NCBI GenBank assembly: GCA_001542995.1
Contig: LFLA01000022.1
Coordinates: 92,587 to 156,586 of the forward strand
DNA: 64,000 nt
Source of the DNA: Nitrospina sp. LS_NOB
Lineage (GTDB): Bacteria > Nitrospinota > Nitrospinia > Nitrospinales > VA-1
Reading direction: 5' to 3'
Under the pieces are notes generated by a model. That model did not search any database. It worked only from the letters and a program-made list of their open reading frames with translations, and was not told the origin of the DNA. The position numbers and the translations under genes were made by a program. Each line of letters opens with the position of its first letter. Positions within the stretch are counted from its first letter, which is position 1. Of the stretch, positions 1-9,144 are shown in pieces.

Positions 1-1
1 C

Positions 2-235
2 AACCACATGTTTAAATTCTATTATGGGCAATTTTTGCCAGCAATAAATAAAAAGCCCTTGCTGAACGGAGAGGATATTATTCATCAATTCAGCCTTTCT
101 CCTTCTCCGCTTTTTGGTAAAATTCTGAACTGCGTCCAAAAAGCGCAAGTGCTGGGCGACATAGCCACCCGGGAAGATGCGATCACGCTGGTCGGGGATC
201 TTATTCAATCACAAATAAAAGAATCAGACGGATGA
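2..235 (+). CDS. 3' end of a tRNA nucleotidyltransferase (CCA-adding) / poly(A) polymerase family gene, 5'-truncated by the window edge
   Basis: The frame is open from the window edge. The tail ...PLLNGEDII..LSPSPLFGKILNCVQKAQVLGDIATREDA... looks like the C-terminal helical region of this family. A 4-nt ATGA overlap joins it to the next gene. Confidence 0.4.
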   Translation, partial: NHMFKFYYGQFLPAINKKPLLNGEDIIHQFSLSPSPLFGKILNCVQKAQVLGDIATREDAITLVGDLIQSQIKESDG

Positions 236-888
236 CAACCCGATACTCAACTACTGAGTGGAATAAAAAAAAAGTCATATTGGGTGACAGCGAAATCGAT
301 CCTGAAAAACCGGTCAATCTTTTAATTGGCTTTCATGGCGCGAGTTCTACTCCTGAAAATATGCTTGTTCAGGGAAACCGCTTAAAACTCCAGAATGCCC
401 TAATGGTTTTTCCAGAAGGCCCGGTGAACGCAGGGGAAGGAATTTGGAGCTGGTGGGAAGACGGCCCTCGTCAAGGCGAAACGGTGAAAAGTTTTGTCAG
501 CTTTACTTCGCAAATCATCGATTCCGCCTACAAACATTATTTAGGTAATAATCCTGAAAGAAAACTGAGAACCTGCTTATGGGGATTTTCCCAGGGAGGA
601 GCCGCGTCCCTTACTTATACCCTTCTTGGGGAGCACACGCTGTTCAAGGTGGCTTCCATTTGCGGTTTCCTTCCGGAAATGCAAGACCCGTTAATAGAGA
701 GGAAAGAGTCCCTTCCCATACTCGGAATATTTGGCAGTAACGATGAGGTGGTACCTTCTTTCCTCGCCGATCATGCCCTGGATGAAATGAAAAACCATGG
801 CCATCTGGTGAAATCTAAAGAAACCACCCAGTCCCATGAAGTAAATTCGGAAAATCTGCAGGATTTGTGCGACTTTTTCAATCCCTGA
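232..888 (+). CDS. alpha/beta hydrolase, phospholipase/carboxylesterase-like
   Basis: GFSQGG nucleophile elbow (GxSxG) is present. The downstream GSNDEVV and H-containing C-terminus fit a Ser-Asp-His esterase. Confidence 0.6.
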   Translation: MTTRYSTTEWNKKKVILGDSEIDPEKPVNLLIGFHGASSTPENMLVQGNRLKLQNALMVFPEGPVNAGEGIWSWWEDGPRQGETVKSFVSFTSQIIDSAYKHYLGNNPERKLRTCLWGFSQGGAASLTYTLLGEHTLFKVASICGFLPEMQDPLIERKESLPILGIFGSNDEVVPSFLADHALDEMKNHGHLVKSKETTQSHEVNSENLQDLCDFFNP

Positions 889-907
889 AAAGGGCAGGTA
901 TGAATTT

Positions 908-2410
908 ATGAAAGCAAAAACATTGATGATTCAAGGAACTGGATCCGGTGTCGGGAAAAGCCTTTTGACGGCGGCGTTCTGCCGGTATTTTTTTCAGGCC
1001 GGATACAAGGTGGCCCCTTTCAAGGCCCAGAATATGGCTTTAAATTCTTTCGTGACAGAGCGTGGCGAAGAAATGGGGCGAGCCCAGGCCTATCAGGCAG
1101 AGGCTTGTGGATTGAAACCGGAAGTTCTCATGAACCCTATTCTATTGAAACCTTCCGGGGATAACAATTCCCAGGTCATTTTGATGGGAAAGCCTGATGG
1201 ATCGCGGAACGCTAAAAATTATTATGCACAATATAAAAAACATCAGCAAATCGTGCTATCCGCTCTGGAAGAACTGCGGAGCAGGTTTGACCTGGTCATC
1301 ATTGAAGGGGCGGGAAGTCCAGCAGAAATCAATTTAAAAAAAACCGATCTGGTCAATATGTTCATTGCTGAAAAGGCCGACGCACCGGTCCTCCTTGTGG
1401 GTGATATTGACCGAGGGGGAGTGTTTGCCTGGCTGAAGGGAACCTATGACCTGCTCACCGATAAAGAGCAGGATCGGATACTAGGCTTCATCATTAATAA
1501 ATTCCGTGGGGATATTGATCTTTTGCAACCGGGTATCGAGCAGTTTAAGGAATTGGTGCCCAAGCCGGTTTTAGGAGTTGTCCCCTACTGCAAGGATCTG
1601 GTAATTGACGAAGAAGATTCCCTTCCGCAGGCATCTTATTCGGCGGCACATAATGCAGAAGGGGTTTTGAACGTCGTTGTCATCGAACTTCCACGAATTT
1701 CCAATTTTACTGATCTATCACCACTTTCTTATGATCCTTCAATCTCAATTCGATATGTCAAGCACCCGGCACAAATGGGAAACCCCGATTTAATCATTCT
1801 CCCGGGTAGTAAAAATTCCGTCGACGATATGAACTTTTTGAACCAGCAATGCATGACACGGGAAATCCTCAAGCGCCATGAAGCCGGAGCCATGATCCTC
1901 GGGATTTGTGGCGGTTTCCAAATGCTGGGAAAAATTATCAGCGATCCTCAAAATCTGGAAAGCCGCGAAAAAGAAGCCGAGGGATTAGGTTTATTCGATT
2001 TTAAAACCACGCTCGTGGCTGAAAAATTAACCCGGCAGGTACAACTTGAAACTGTAAAAGGCCGCATATTCCCTGAGGGAGTCCCATGCGAAGGTTACGA
2101 AATTCATATGGGGCGAACCGCGTTCGAAACCACTTATCCTACCCTTTTCTCCGCTCCCGATGAAGACAACCCTATGACCTTCGGAATCACCAATCAGGCT
2201 GGAACCGTTTTTGGCACTTATCTCCACGGATTTTTAGACAACGACCTCTTCCGGGAAAATATATTGCGTTATATAAGAAAGGAAAAAGGGCTGCCCGAAC
2301 CCGCAAGCCAATTCGACTATGCGCAGTTTAGAAACCGTGAACTCGACAAACTTGCAGATTTAGTGAAATCCTCCATCGACATGGAAGCGATTGAAAGGAA
2401 ATTAAAATAA
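908..2410 (+). CDS. cobQ: cobyric acid synthase
   Basis: N-terminal GTGSGVGKS P-loop. C-terminal glutamine amidotransferase motif ICGGFQMLG and YEIHMGRT. Length is 500 aa. Confidence 0.9.
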   Translation: MKAKTLMIQGTGSGVGKSLLTAAFCRYFFQAGYKVAPFKAQNMALNSFVTERGEEMGRAQAYQAEACGLKPEVLMNPILLKPSGDNNSQVILMGKPDGSRNAKNYYAQYKKHQQIVLSALEELRSRFDLVIIEGAGSPAEINLKKTDLVNMFIAEKADAPVLLVGDIDRGGVFAWLKGTYDLLTDKEQDRILGFIINKFRGDIDLLQPGIEQFKELVPKPVLGVVPYCKDLVIDEEDSLPQASYSAAHNAEGVLNVVVIELPRISNFTDLSPLSYDPSISIRYVKHPAQMGNPDLIILPGSKNSVDDMNFLNQQCMTREILKRHEAGAMILGICGGFQMLGKIISDPQNLESREKEAEGLGLFDFKTTLVAEKLTRQVQLETVKGRIFPEGVPCEGYEIHMGRTAFETTYPTLFSAPDEDNPMTFGITNQAGTVFGTYLHGFLDNDLFRENILRYIRKEKGLPEPASQFDYAQFRNRELDKLADLVKSSIDMEAIERKLK

Positions 2411-2452
2411 TCTCAGCTTCACTCTGGACGCATAAAGCCAAAATCAGGGGCA

Positions 2453-3184
2453 CTACTTCCCTTCAACCATGTCTAGTTTCCCGTCAAAATTACGATCCAA
2501 CTCTATTCGATCAATTTTCCCGGATGAATTGAAATACTCCCAGCGATCCGTCTTTCCATCAAAATTGGTGTCGTGCTCAACCTTTTGTAATTGAGTGGAG
2601 TCTATAAAATATTGCCATTGATCTGGTTGTCCATCGTGATTGGTGTCAAAGGCGACTGACTGCAAGGACTCACCCTCCCCAAACTTTTCCCAGCGGTCAA
2701 TATTCCCATCACTGGAAATATCATATTCGGCCTTAACCAGTTTTTCATTTTCAGAAAAATACTGAAAAACATCTATTTTACCATCCCCATTTTTATCTAT
2801 TTCAAGTCGAATAATTTTTTTATCCGCATTATAAAACTCGCGCCAATCGATCATCCCTGAAAACCGGGAATCTTTTTCTATTTCAGTGAGTGAAAAGTCC
2901 CGAGAGTAGTGTTGGATTTGATCAAAGATTCCGTCAAAGTTCCGATCTAGTTCAACACGGAGTGGCTTTGTATTTCCCTCATATATTTCAACCTGATCAA
3001 CTTTTTCATCGCCATTTCTATCAAATTCAATTTTTTCAAGTTTACCGTCATCTGTTTTATGATGCCACTGGTCCATTTTGCCATCGAAGTCGCTGTCAAG
3101 CTGAACCACCCCGCCTTCAGCCATCGAGGCCAGAAAAATCAGGGCTCCAATTAAAATAATTATTTTGAATCTGGTTCCAATCAT
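2453..3184 (-). CDS. secreted DxDG-repeat (EF-hand-like, putative Ca-binding) protein, copy 1
   Basis: Signal peptide MIGTRFKIIILIGALIFLASMAEG followed by about 8 evenly spaced D-x-[ND]-x-DG-x-x-D loops (DSDFDGKMD, DRNGDEKVD, DKNGDGKID, DTNHDGQPD, DTNFDGKTD, DRNFDGKLD). Overlaps the tonB stop by 4 nt. Confidence 0.6.
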   Translation of the reverse strand: MIGTRFKIIILIGALIFLASMAEGGVVQLDSDFDGKMDQWHHKTDDGKLEKIEFDRNGDEKVDQVEIYEGNTKPLRVELDRNFDGIFDQIQHYSRDFSLTEIEKDSRFSGMIDWREFYNADKKIIRLEIDKNGDGKIDVFQYFSENEKLVKAEYDISSDGNIDRWEKFGEGESLQSVAFDTNHDGQPDQWQYFIDSTQLQKVEHDTNFDGKTDRWEYFNSSGKIDRIELDRNFDGKLDMVEGK

Positions 3185-4167
3185 CGTTCCTCCAGAATAA
3201 AGGAAATAGGGAGTTTGAAAATAATGGAATCCCTCTGGAGAGGTTCCGGTATTTTTGGATAGGGGCTGGCATTTTTCACAGCATCTAAAGCCGCCTGATT
3301 CAAAACTTCATAAGGCGAAGCAACAGCAATTGAATAGCTCACCAAATTACCATTTTTCCCTACTTGAAATTCTATTACAGGCTTTCCCTCCCATCCGTGC
3401 CGTCGGGCAATCTTCGGATAAAACTTTGCTACTGAAATCTTCCCCCAAACACTGTCTGAAAAACTTTTACTTAGCAATTCAAGGTTCCTGCTGGGTGGTG
3501 CACCGGAAATTTCTGGCGGCCCTAAGCTGGCAGGCAAATTTTCTTCGTGGGAAGCTGCAACAAACTCTTCTGGCATCGAAGTCAATTGGACAGGTTGAAC
3601 ATGACTGGCAGAGGCTTTTCTAATATCACTGACCGCTTCGGGATACCTTTTCCTAGAGGCTATAAACAGACTCTTCTCTCCAGAAATATTTTGCGCTCCA
3701 ATTTTGGAGTTAATAACCGGGATTATACTGGATCGCTTCATTACATTTTCGATCACAGGTCTTTGCAATGCGTTTCCGGGAATACTAACCCTCCGCTTAG
3801 GACTATTGTTCGACAAAGAACTATTGTACTTATAGGCCGATGTCCTAACTGTGGCGATGGGTTGAGTCGGTTTTATTTCCTGGCGAGGCACTGCAGGTAT
3901 AGGTTCTGCCGCATTAGCTTTAGTAAAAACCTTTTCAACAGGAATAACCGCAGGTGCCACCACTTTCTCCATCTTTGGCTTGGTCGAAGGCTCATAAACA
4001 ATCTTTGTGATTTGAATCGGGTTAAATTCTGGCACATGTGGTTTGTGGGTGGTTGTCCAAAATGACAGAAAGTATATCCCGGCTCCATGCACAATAACGG
4101 AAACGACTAAGGCATTTTGAAGAAATCTATTATTGTTTGATCTATATTTCATTGATGATGAAGACAA
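3181..4167 (-). CDS. tonB: TonB family energy transducer
   Basis: N-terminal TM segment, Pro/Lys-rich spacer (KPHVPEFNP..EPSTKPKMEKVVAPAVIPVEK) and a TonB C-terminal domain (GWEGKPVIEFQVGKNGNLV...LNQAALDAVKNASPYPKIP). Confidence 0.75.
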   Translation of the reverse strand: MSSSSMKYRSNNNRFLQNALVVSVIVHGAGIYFLSFWTTTHKPHVPEFNPIQITKIVYEPSTKPKMEKVVAPAVIPVEKVFTKANAAEPIPAVPRQEIKPTQPIATVRTSAYKYNSSLSNNSPKRRVSIPGNALQRPVIENVMKRSSIIPVINSKIGAQNISGEKSLFIASRKRYPEAVSDIRKASASHVQPVQLTSMPEEFVAASHEENLPASLGPPEISGAPPSRNLELLSKSFSDSVWGKISVAKFYPKIARRHGWEGKPVIEFQVGKNGNLVSYSIAVASPYEVLNQAALDAVKNASPYPKIPEPLQRDSIIFKLPISFILEER

Positions 4168-4192
4168 AAGTTAAGGGCACAGATATTATATA

Positions 4193-5614
4193 TCAGCAAT
4201 TAAATAATCGCTTCCACCCTAAAACAACACCGGTAACGCTGAAACCAAAGCCTATAGCAAGAAGTGACAATATCACTATATCCCACAGAGGTCTATGGTT
4301 GGCGAGACCGGGAAAATCCAAGCTGTGCAAACCATTATAAAACCAACGATAGACCCGTCGACTCTTATCCATAATTGACACAATTTGCCCAGAGTCCATA
4401 TCAACATGTATCCAGGTTTGTGCTGGATCATCTAATTTTACTCTGAGTGTATTTGAAGGAAGCGAACCTTCGCGGAGTTGCCCGTAAAAATCAGACTCTT
4501 TAGGCCATTGGGTAGCTTTGATTCCAACATCTGGCCAGGCCTTCTGGACTGCTTTAATGATTTCTGGTTCTGTGTGCCTGGCTGGAGAAAGAATACTTGT
4601 CTTGGAAGGTTTAAACATTTTCAGCCCTTTTGAGTTTCTGGCGAGGACAAAAGATTTTCCGCCTGTTGCTATAAACTCCACCTCACTGAAATTCTCTAAA
4701 AGTTTTAAGGCTTCTAGAGAAACAGATTCCACAGCTTGCTCTAGTGATAACGCGCGGAAATTTTTTATCTGGTGAAATTCAGGGTCTGGTTTGGAAAAAA
4801 GTCGCCCATGATCCATAGATAACCACCCACTAAATATCCAGGTTAGGACAATTATCCCTGCAAACAGTCCCAGAATATGGTGCATACACAACCAGCCTTT
4901 AAAGGGACTTCTACCTGATGCGCCACGAAAGCGAATGATACCCAGTAGCAGTCCAGCCAATGTTGTCATCACACCCATCAGGGAAATCCACCAGACCACT
5001 TGATCCCATAAAACCCAATTGCTTCGTAAGACTGTGGGGTAGATCCAGTGAACAATTGCGCCTATATAATTCCAGGCTCGCTCCCTGGCCTCGGTTTTCT
5101 GCAGAACTTCCCCTGTCCGCATTGAAACATATAACACGGTTTCATTTTGGTCCTGCATAGAAACGCGATAAAACGGGCGATAGGGATCATAACGGTTCGG
5201 CACAATCCATTGATCGTAATCGATAGGCCCTTCAACTCTTAAAGCAGATTTTCCGGAAAAATTTTCCGCTATCCTTCCGGCTGATCTCATTTGAAGAAGA
5301 TTTATCGGCTTGCCATCGTGTGCATCCACAACCTTTATCCCGCTATTGAGGCTATGGAGTACGTAAATGGGGCGCCCTTCCAAATCGATCAACCTGAGAC
5401 GGTCCAGATCAATACTTCCGATGGCCTCGGCGGCCTCTATTGGGGAAACAGTAATCTTTGAGAAGTCGACCTCAGCCCTACTGGAAAGTCGGTCCGCTTG
5501 CGAAAGCGATGGGAAAGGATGGTAAATCAGAACGGCGCCACTTAAAAACCAGGCTGCAAAAAATAAACACAGGACAACCCCCATCCAGCGGTGAGCCAGT
5601 GTTAGATAGCGCAT
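4193..5614 (-). CDS. PepSY-associated TM helix protein (PiuB-like)
   Basis: The opening MRYLTLAHRWMGVVLCLFFAAWFLSGAVLIY and 4 TM segments around periplasmic domains are typical of PepSY-TM proteins found next to TonB-dependent receptors. Confidence 0.7.
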   Translation of the reverse strand: MRYLTLAHRWMGVVLCLFFAAWFLSGAVLIYHPFPSLSQADRLSSRAEVDFSKITVSPIEAAEAIGSIDLDRLRLIDLEGRPIYVLHSLNSGIKVVDAHDGKPINLLQMRSAGRIAENFSGKSALRVEGPIDYDQWIVPNRYDPYRPFYRVSMQDQNETVLYVSMRTGEVLQKTEARERAWNYIGAIVHWIYPTVLRSNWVLWDQVVWWISLMGVMTTLAGLLLGIIRFRGASGRSPFKGWLCMHHILGLFAGIIVLTWIFSGWLSMDHGRLFSKPDPEFHQIKNFRALSLEQAVESVSLEALKLLENFSEVEFIATGGKSFVLARNSKGLKMFKPSKTSILSPARHTEPEIIKAVQKAWPDVGIKATQWPKESDFYGQLREGSLPSNTLRVKLDDPAQTWIHVDMDSGQIVSIMDKSRRVYRWFYNGLHSLDFPGLANHRPLWDIVILSLLAIGFGFSVTGVVLGWKRLFNC

Positions 5615-5632
5615 AAGGTTTACCCGATTTAC

Positions 5633-7802
5633 TTAAAAATCAAACTGAGCGCTGATTTCAAAGGCTCGGGGAGATCCCAGAATTAACTGGTTCGAATAAA
5701 ATTCATCGCCCCAAAGTGCATAAGCCTTATCGAACAGATTTGTCAATCTTGCAGTGTAACGTCCATTTCCTTTGCGATAGGTAGCATGGAGATCCACCGT
5801 TTCGTAGCCCAGCATTTTCACTGTATTGAACCTGGTGTTAAAACGGTCATCAACATAACGAAAACTACCCCCCACATCTATGGGAAGTCCTGCAACACCG
5901 CGATAATTAGTCCAGATATTAGCCACCCATTCAGGAACATTGGACGGGGTATTGCCGGAGACGTTTTCGAAAACACCGAACTCTGCATCGGTATAGGCGG
6001 TGTTGGCTCCGACTCGCCATTTTGGTGTCACCAAAACCGAACCTTCTAGCTCAAATCCGGTGGACCTCTGGCCTCCATCGCCACCCAGAACACTATCGTT
6101 CGAATCTTGTATCAGAATATTTTGCCTTTCAATGTGGTAGACGGCCAAAGTCATTTCTGCTTTCCCATTCAGGAACTTGGACTTCAACCCCGCTTCCCAT
6201 TGTTGCGAAGTAGAAAGGTCAAAGTTCTGGTTACTATTGACAAGAAAAACATCTGATCCTAATGGATCGGTGCCGGAACTCATTTGGGCATAAACGTTCC
6301 AGGATGGAGCAATTTCGTAAACCGCACCAACCCGCCAACTAAAAGGATTATAGGTGCGTTCAAATGATGTTCCAGGAGTAGGATCATTAAAGTTTAGCCG
6401 AAATAACTCTATATGATCCTGACGCATGCCCACGACCAGTCTTAATTTCTCTGTAACTTTTAAAGTATCCTCAAAAAAAGTAGAAACCGTGATAATTCGG
6501 GTAGGATTAAGCCTGAAGTTTGTCGGGTTTCCCCCAAAGGTACCCCCAACGGGTGAAAAAGGGTCGACGGAGCCTGGATCTGCGAGCGGCTGGGACTTTC
6601 TTTTAAAATCCACATAACTTGCATCGACACCTAAAAGAGACTGGTTCTCCATCCCGGCAATGGAGTTTTTATAGGTTGTACTCAGTCGGTTACCAACAGT
6701 GTTTTGGTTATGGGCCACAAAAAAAGTATCACGGTCAACCAAGCTTGTTCCGGAATTGAAGGTATAGTTTTCTGAATTGCGCCATTCCCGGTCCGCATTG
6801 AGGAAGTAGGTATAATTGCGAAAAAAAAGTTTATTGCTGTGTTTCCATTTGGCATCTATCGTTGTTAAAATTTGATAGGACTTTGCCACCTCATCATCAA
6901 CATTGTAATTGACAAACCGCATGGGCTCGTCGATGGCCGCTCCAGCCCCTGTCACGACACCGGTGAGAGGCTGGGTGGCAAATGCTTCTGTCACTATGGG
7001 GGTCCCCCAATAGTTTTGCAGTTTATCTTCCAGGTAATCAATGCCGAAGGTCACATCCAACTGATCATTAGGCTTCCACAATAGCGAACCATTGAAGTTT
7101 CTTGATTTGGGATCGGCATTATCCACGTATCCATCCGAGCTGTATTCACTGCCATCGATCCGAAACCATAAGTTTTCACTCATTTGCCCACCTGCCCCAA
7201 CACCGAGCTTGACCGTGTCATAGCGGCCGTAGGAGGTTAGAAGCTCATAAGAGTTTGAGCTTTCCATCTTCGGTTTTTTGGTGACCATATTTAAGGTCGC
7301 GCCAATGGCCCCCTGACCATGCAATACTGAGGCAGGACCTTTTAGAACCTCGATCCGATCCAGATTGAAACCATTTTGAGGCCGCCCGGTGATTAAAGCC
7401 GGCCCCAACCAGATTCCGTCCCGTTGAATCATGACCTGGTTGGAGGTAAAACCACGCATGGAATAATTGGCAGGCTCTGCAGGAGGGTTTCCCCAAACGA
7501 ACCCGGGAGATCGCTCGAGAGCTTTCCCCACCTCCTGATACCCCCCACCCTTCAATTCAGCGTTGCTGATAACGGTTATTGAGGCCGGGGTTTCAAAAGC
7601 TGGCAGGTCCAGACGACTACTGGTATCGGGAGAAAAATCGAAATTAAATACACTCGGAGTAATGAGTAGTTCGTCCAACTCGATAATGGGCGGGGGGGGA
7701 TACACTCTCATTATTTGCAGCATTTTGAGCCCAGGTAACGGAAAATGCATAGAGTGATGCAATTAAAACTGTTATTACCCCGATTGCTAATTTTTTACTC
7801 AT
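5633..7802 (-). CDS. TonB-dependent outer-membrane receptor; the signal-peptide exon (ATG at 7802) is out of frame with the barrel ORF at a C8 tract (G8 on the + strand, 7692-7699)
   Basis: Plug and barrel motifs are present (ITVISNAELK, IEVLKGPASVLHGQGAIGATLNMVTKKP) and the C-terminus ends in an aromatic residue (...EISAQFDF). GGAGATAACAATG at 7802-7814 encodes MSKKLAIGVITVLIASLYAFSVTWAQNA..., which joins ...PPPIIELDELL only if one C is removed. Confidence 0.8.
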
Positions 7803-7820
7803 TGTTATCTCCGTGCGCGC

Positions 7821-7859
7821 AAAAAAAAACCTCGCGCCTCCTTTGGGAGGTTCGAGGTT
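7821..7859 (-). terminator. riboswitch attenuator terminator (leftward operon)
   Basis: On the - strand: AACCTCG / inner CCTCC-CAAA-GGAGG / CGAGGTT followed by T9. It lies between the aptamer and the receptor RBS. Confidence 0.7.
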
Positions 7860-8080
7860 GATTGCACCCTGATTTACTTCATCAACATTTGAGCAACCAC
7901 CCAGTATTCCTCGAGAGGTGGCACCCTTATTTATTCCAGGCAGGTCTTCTGACTCGCGTTCACCCTACTTTCTGCACCTTCCCAGCTAAACACCAGTGGC
8001 TTTTCGCAGATTTCGTCACGCTCACAGCGGCGGGACCGTGGTTGAATTTCGCAACCTTCCCTATTATTTCCTGAAAGAAA
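7860..8080 (-). promoter_or_regulatory. cobalamin (AdoCbl) riboswitch controlling the TonB-dependent receptor operon
   Basis: - strand core GGGAAGGTTGCGAAATTCAACCACGGTCCCGCCGCTGTGAGCG ... GCCACTGG ... GGGAAGGTG ... B12 box GAGTCAGAAGACCTGCC. A candidate P1 pairs TTTCAGG with CCTGGAA. Confidence 0.85.
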
Positions 8081-8804
8081 ATCAAATTTTCGCTTCCAGG
8101 AAACCTGAAAAACTTCCGCTAGCATAAATGAAAAAAATCAGGCGTCAAGTAATTTATAAAAAACACCCTAAGCATTAGGGCAACTGCCTGTTAACCTGAG
8201 ATATTCAATTTTCCCTGTTCCAGTAAAAACAAGCAGTTCCCCGCCTGCATGAAAACCGAACTCCTCATAAGGATTTTTTAGCGCCCAATGCTCTCCGAAA
8301 GGAAAGGCCAGTGGCTTTAATGAGATGAAGAATAAGTCCTAACAAATATTCATACTTTGTCTGATACTGCGCTATCCGAATTCTTATTATCTTTAGAAAA
8401 GCTGAAAGGGTATTGAGAGTATCGGGTAACCGAGGCGCAGGAGTTTTCCTAATCTTGCGCCGGTTCGGTTTTTCAAGACGTTCACCTACTGGACCTGCTC
8501 CCTCCCTCCGCATGGTAACCTCTCCCTCCATAATCTTAGTTTTCATGAAAAGCGTTGAAGCTAAACCCTAATCCATAATTCGTTTGACCCAGACCATTGA
8601 CTCCTTCTCCCTCTGAACTCACCGGTATATCTACCCAGCTAAAATATACCCATAACACCTTGAATTTAAGGGACATGAAACTGGGAGAAACGCGCATTTA
8701 AGTAGACAACCAACCAAAAATCAAGGAAATGATTGAAATTGCATTTATTACTTGTAAATATCTGGAAGTTCTACAATAATGTCGCTTGAAATTATATGTT
8801 TTAG

Positions 8805-9026
8805 GTTTCCTGTATTTAGGGAATGAAAAGGGAAGGTTGTGAAATTCAACCACGGTCCCGCCGCTGTGAGCGTGACGAAATCTGCGAAAAGCCACTGGTG
8901 TTTAGCTGGGAAGGTGCAGAAAGTAGGGTGAACGCGAGTCAGAAGACCTGCCTGGAATTATAAATATTGCCTTTTGGGTTCAAAAGGTAAATCTATTTGG
9001 TTGATTAAGTAAACCAGGGTGCAATC
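8805..9026 (+). promoter_or_regulatory. cobalamin (AdoCbl) riboswitch controlling the cob biosynthetic operon
   Basis: Same core on the + strand at 8830-8958, including GCCACTGG, GGGAAGG and the B12 box AGTCAGAAGACCTGCC (8938-8953). It is an inverted copy of 7933-8061. Confidence 0.85.
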
Positions 9027-9064
9027 AACCTCAGTCCTCGATTTAGAGGGGTGAGGTTTTTTTT
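9027..9064 (+). terminator. riboswitch attenuator terminator (rightward operon)
   Basis: AACCTCA / inner CCTC-GATTTA-GAGG / TGAGGTT followed by a T8 run, upstream of the first gene start at 9145. Confidence 0.7.
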
Positions 9065-9144
9065 ACCGTTTTTAATTAAGAGTAACCGTTTACCCATATA
9101 TTGATTTGGCCAATTCATTTAAAAATTTAATGAGAGGTTTCGCC

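Noticed and set aside
7862-8125. Track ORFs 7862-8074 (+) and 7931-8125 (-), plus 8698-8895 (-) on the other side of the spacer
   Set aside because: They overlap the two cobalamin riboswitch aptamers exactly. Their mirror-image peptide similarity is a by-product of the inverted RNA elements, and none has an RBS or a recognisable family.
8265-8546. 93-aa ORF on the minus strand in the ~720-nt spacer between the two riboswitches
   Set aside because: It has no convincing RBS. Its composition is basic and low-complexity (RRKIRKTPAPRLP) and no motif is present. The region must also hold the two divergent promoters. I am keeping it only as a possible gene remnant, not as a feature.
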